Assembly (NCBI GenBank): GCA_030390025.1
Contig: CM059432.1
Span: forward strand, 112,780,001-112,844,000
DNA from: Squalus acanthias
Lineage: Eukaryota
DNA: 64,000 bases
Direction: 5' to 3'
Position 1 is the first letter of the stretch; the number at the start of each line of letters is the position of its first letter. Under the pieces are notes generated by a model, which made no database searches, had not been told where the DNA came from, and saw only the letters and a list, made by a program, of their open reading frames with translations. The position numbers and the translations under genes were made by a program. This document shows positions 61,877 to 64,000 of this stretch, piece after piece.

Positions 61877-62733
61877 ACTGCGCACAGTTCTGGTCTCCAT
61901 ATTACAAAAAGGATACAGAGGCAGTGGAGAAGGTACAAAACAGATTCACAAGGATACCAGAGCTGAGAGGTTAGAACTGTCAGGAAAGATGAACAGGCTG
62001 GAGCTCTTTTCTCTAGAAAAGAGAAGACTGAGAGGTGACCTAATAGAAGTCTTTAAAATTATGAAGGGGTTTGATCGGGTAGATGTAGGGAAAATGTTTC
62101 CGCTTGTGGGTATCTTGTGGGATATGTCTCCGAATCTAGGGGTCATAAAAGAGAAACTTCTTTTCCCAGAGAGTGGCTAGAATGTGGAACTTGCTACCAC
62201 ATGGAGTAGTTGAGGTGAATAGCATAGTACAGGAAACTCTTTATTAACCGGCACCCAAATATCCGGAAATCTCTCTTAACCGGCAAAATTCTTGTGTAGG
62301 TAACCGGGGTTTTCCTTCATCTCTCATTTAAAATTAACTTTAAAAAAAACCCTGAGGCGTTTGCCTTGTATCGGAGCGTGTAGATTGGGAGGGGAATGTG
62401 CAGCCCGGGTAGGCAGCGGACACGACAGATGGTCAGCTGGCGGTCCCCGGGGAGACGGAGCTCCGAATGCAGGTGCATGTCAATGTGTACGGGGCTCTCG
62501 TACGTTGGGAGATTTTACTCTCCGTTATCCGGACTTTTTGATTAACCGGCACCACGCCGGTCCCGTCGGTGCCGGTTAATAAAGAGTTTCCTGTACATGA
62601 GAGAGAAAGGAACAGAAGGTTATGCTGATAGGATGAGATGAAGTAGGATGGGAGGAGGCTTGAGTGGAGCATAAACACTGGCATAGACCTGTTGGGCTGA
62701 AGGGCCTGTTTCTGGGCTGTAAATTCTATGTAA
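61877..62733 (+). mobile_element. CR1 3' portion interrupted by a Tigger-like MITE
   Basis: LELFSLEKRRLRGDLIEVFKIMKG; 3'UTR and tail to 62733. Confidence 0.88.
62230..62593. mobile_element. Tc1/mariner-superfamily (pogo/Tigger-like) MITE
   Basis: Perfect 26-bp TIR CAGGAAACTCTTTATTAACCGGCACC; TA on both flanks; internal repeats of TTAACCGGCA. Confidence 0.92.
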
Positions 62734-62741
62734 AACAATAA

Positions 62742-63475
62742 GGGGGAGAAATTCGATATCGACAATTTTGGGGCGCTAACTTTAGCACCCGGTGCTTATT
62801 AGCGCTGGCGACCGCAAAATTGAGTTTTAGCACCCCAAGAGGGAATTGAAGCTCTAAATCAAGCGCTCCACTTCCTTCTTCGGGCACTAACGTCAGAGAG
62901 TGGGGTGGAGACTTCAGCAGCGCTACACACTGGGCCGTGCAGCGCTGCCACGTTCAAAGACTCCTTCCCTCCCTTAAAGGGAAGGACCATCGCTCCAGGC
63001 TCTGCAATTTAAAAAGTACCTACCTGGACCACCAAGGCAGCCGCGATCCCACGTGATCAGCCCGGCACTCAAGCAGAGTGCTGGGCTGATCGATCGCGGG
63101 CAGGAACCCGCGAAAAAAACTAGAACAGGAAAGGTAAGTTTTTTTTCCACTTACCTCGGCCACCTCGCCTTTAATCATCGCCCCCGAAGCGGCCGGCAGC
63201 CCGATGCACACCTCCTGCAGCTGTCGGTGTTTTCGACCACCGCTGCTGCAGGGGGCGGAAGTCAATTTCAGGTCCCGGGCTCTACCAGGGCGATGCGCAC
63301 GGCAATGACGTCACGTTGTCCGGGCGAAGAAGGTCGGGGTGCAACGCCGTAGCACCGCTGCAAAACTCCTGCCGAATATGGCGGGAGTCGATGTCAGCGC
63401 CGCGCCCGGTCGCAAAGCCATTTACGCCCCCTGGGGGCGCTAGCGGGAGACGTAAAGGCACCCAATTTCACCCCC
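62742..63475. mobile_element. GC-rich Harbinger MITE
   Basis: GGGGGAGAAATT / AATTTCACCCCC ends; TAA TSD. Confidence 0.9.
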
Positions 63476-63842
63476 TAAGTAATCGACGTGAAATGGTACC
63501 AGAGTACAAATGATATCATACAATGAAATTATAGTCAGTTGAAATTTTGCCAAATACTTATCAAGTTGTCACATTGATGGACAGAGGCTGATTTAATTTT
63601 GATTAATAGTTTATCAGTTGTCTTGTATCAAAAAGGGGGTCAAATTCAATATTATGATTTAGGCACTCTCCAGATACTTTTTGTTTTGCCAGTGGAAAGG
63701 ATTGCTTCCATAAGGAAGCCTCCACTTCCTATGATTGAAACATGGCCTTAGTCTGGGAGGTAGCTTGCCCATGGTGAACAAAAAAAACCCTTATGCTGCT
63801 GGTAAGCTCACTGGACATTAGTACAAGATACCTCATACTCTT

Positions 63843-64000
63843 CTGTCAGCCTTGGCTAAGTGGTAGTGCTCTTTCCTCTGAGTTAGAGGGTTGTGAGTTC
63901 ATAGCCCACTTCAAACACTTGAATACATAATCTAAGATGACGTTTTAGTGCTGCACTCTTGGAAGTGCTGTCTTTCGGATGAGACATTAAACTGAGGGCC
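63843..64000 (+). mobile_element. Deu-domain SINE 5' part, cut by the window edge
   Basis: tgtcagccttggctaagtggtag..gtctttcggatgagacattaaactgagg matches the 23917 family. Confidence 0.75.

Noticed and set aside
61755..61880. Penelope (-) and CR1 (+) as a head-to-head fusion
   Set aside because: Separated by about 100 bp of unassigned sequence, with no shared TSD; adjacency by chance is sufficient.

Overview
Eukaryotic, repeat-rich intronic DNA, most likely from a cartilaginous fish (inferred from the CR1, Deu-domain SINE, Penelope and Harbinger repertoire). The only host coding sequence I can support is one 112-nt exon of ZFPM2 (FOG-2, PR-like domain) at 27696-27807 on the + strand, so the rest of the window is inferred to be its two very large flanking introns. 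These contain a layered set of mobile elements: several CR1 subfamilies, L2, a young RTE, L1- and Vingi-like remnants, a Penelope-like element, SINEs, decayed two-gene Harbinger elements (DDE nuclease plus intron-containing Myb/SANT gene), many Harbinger MITEs, one hAT element and one Tigger/pogo-like MITE. Most notable: (1) three junctions where 3' ends of two different CR1 subfamilies are fused head-to-head with both tails facing outward, one of them bracketed by a 9-bp direct repeat, suggesting single insertions templated by two RNAs; (2) a ~102-bp insertion with a 14-bp TSD, consisting of a Penelope pLTR piece that carries a minimal hammerhead ribozyme. All family assignments come from motif recognition by eye, with no database search, and ends of decayed elements are approximate.
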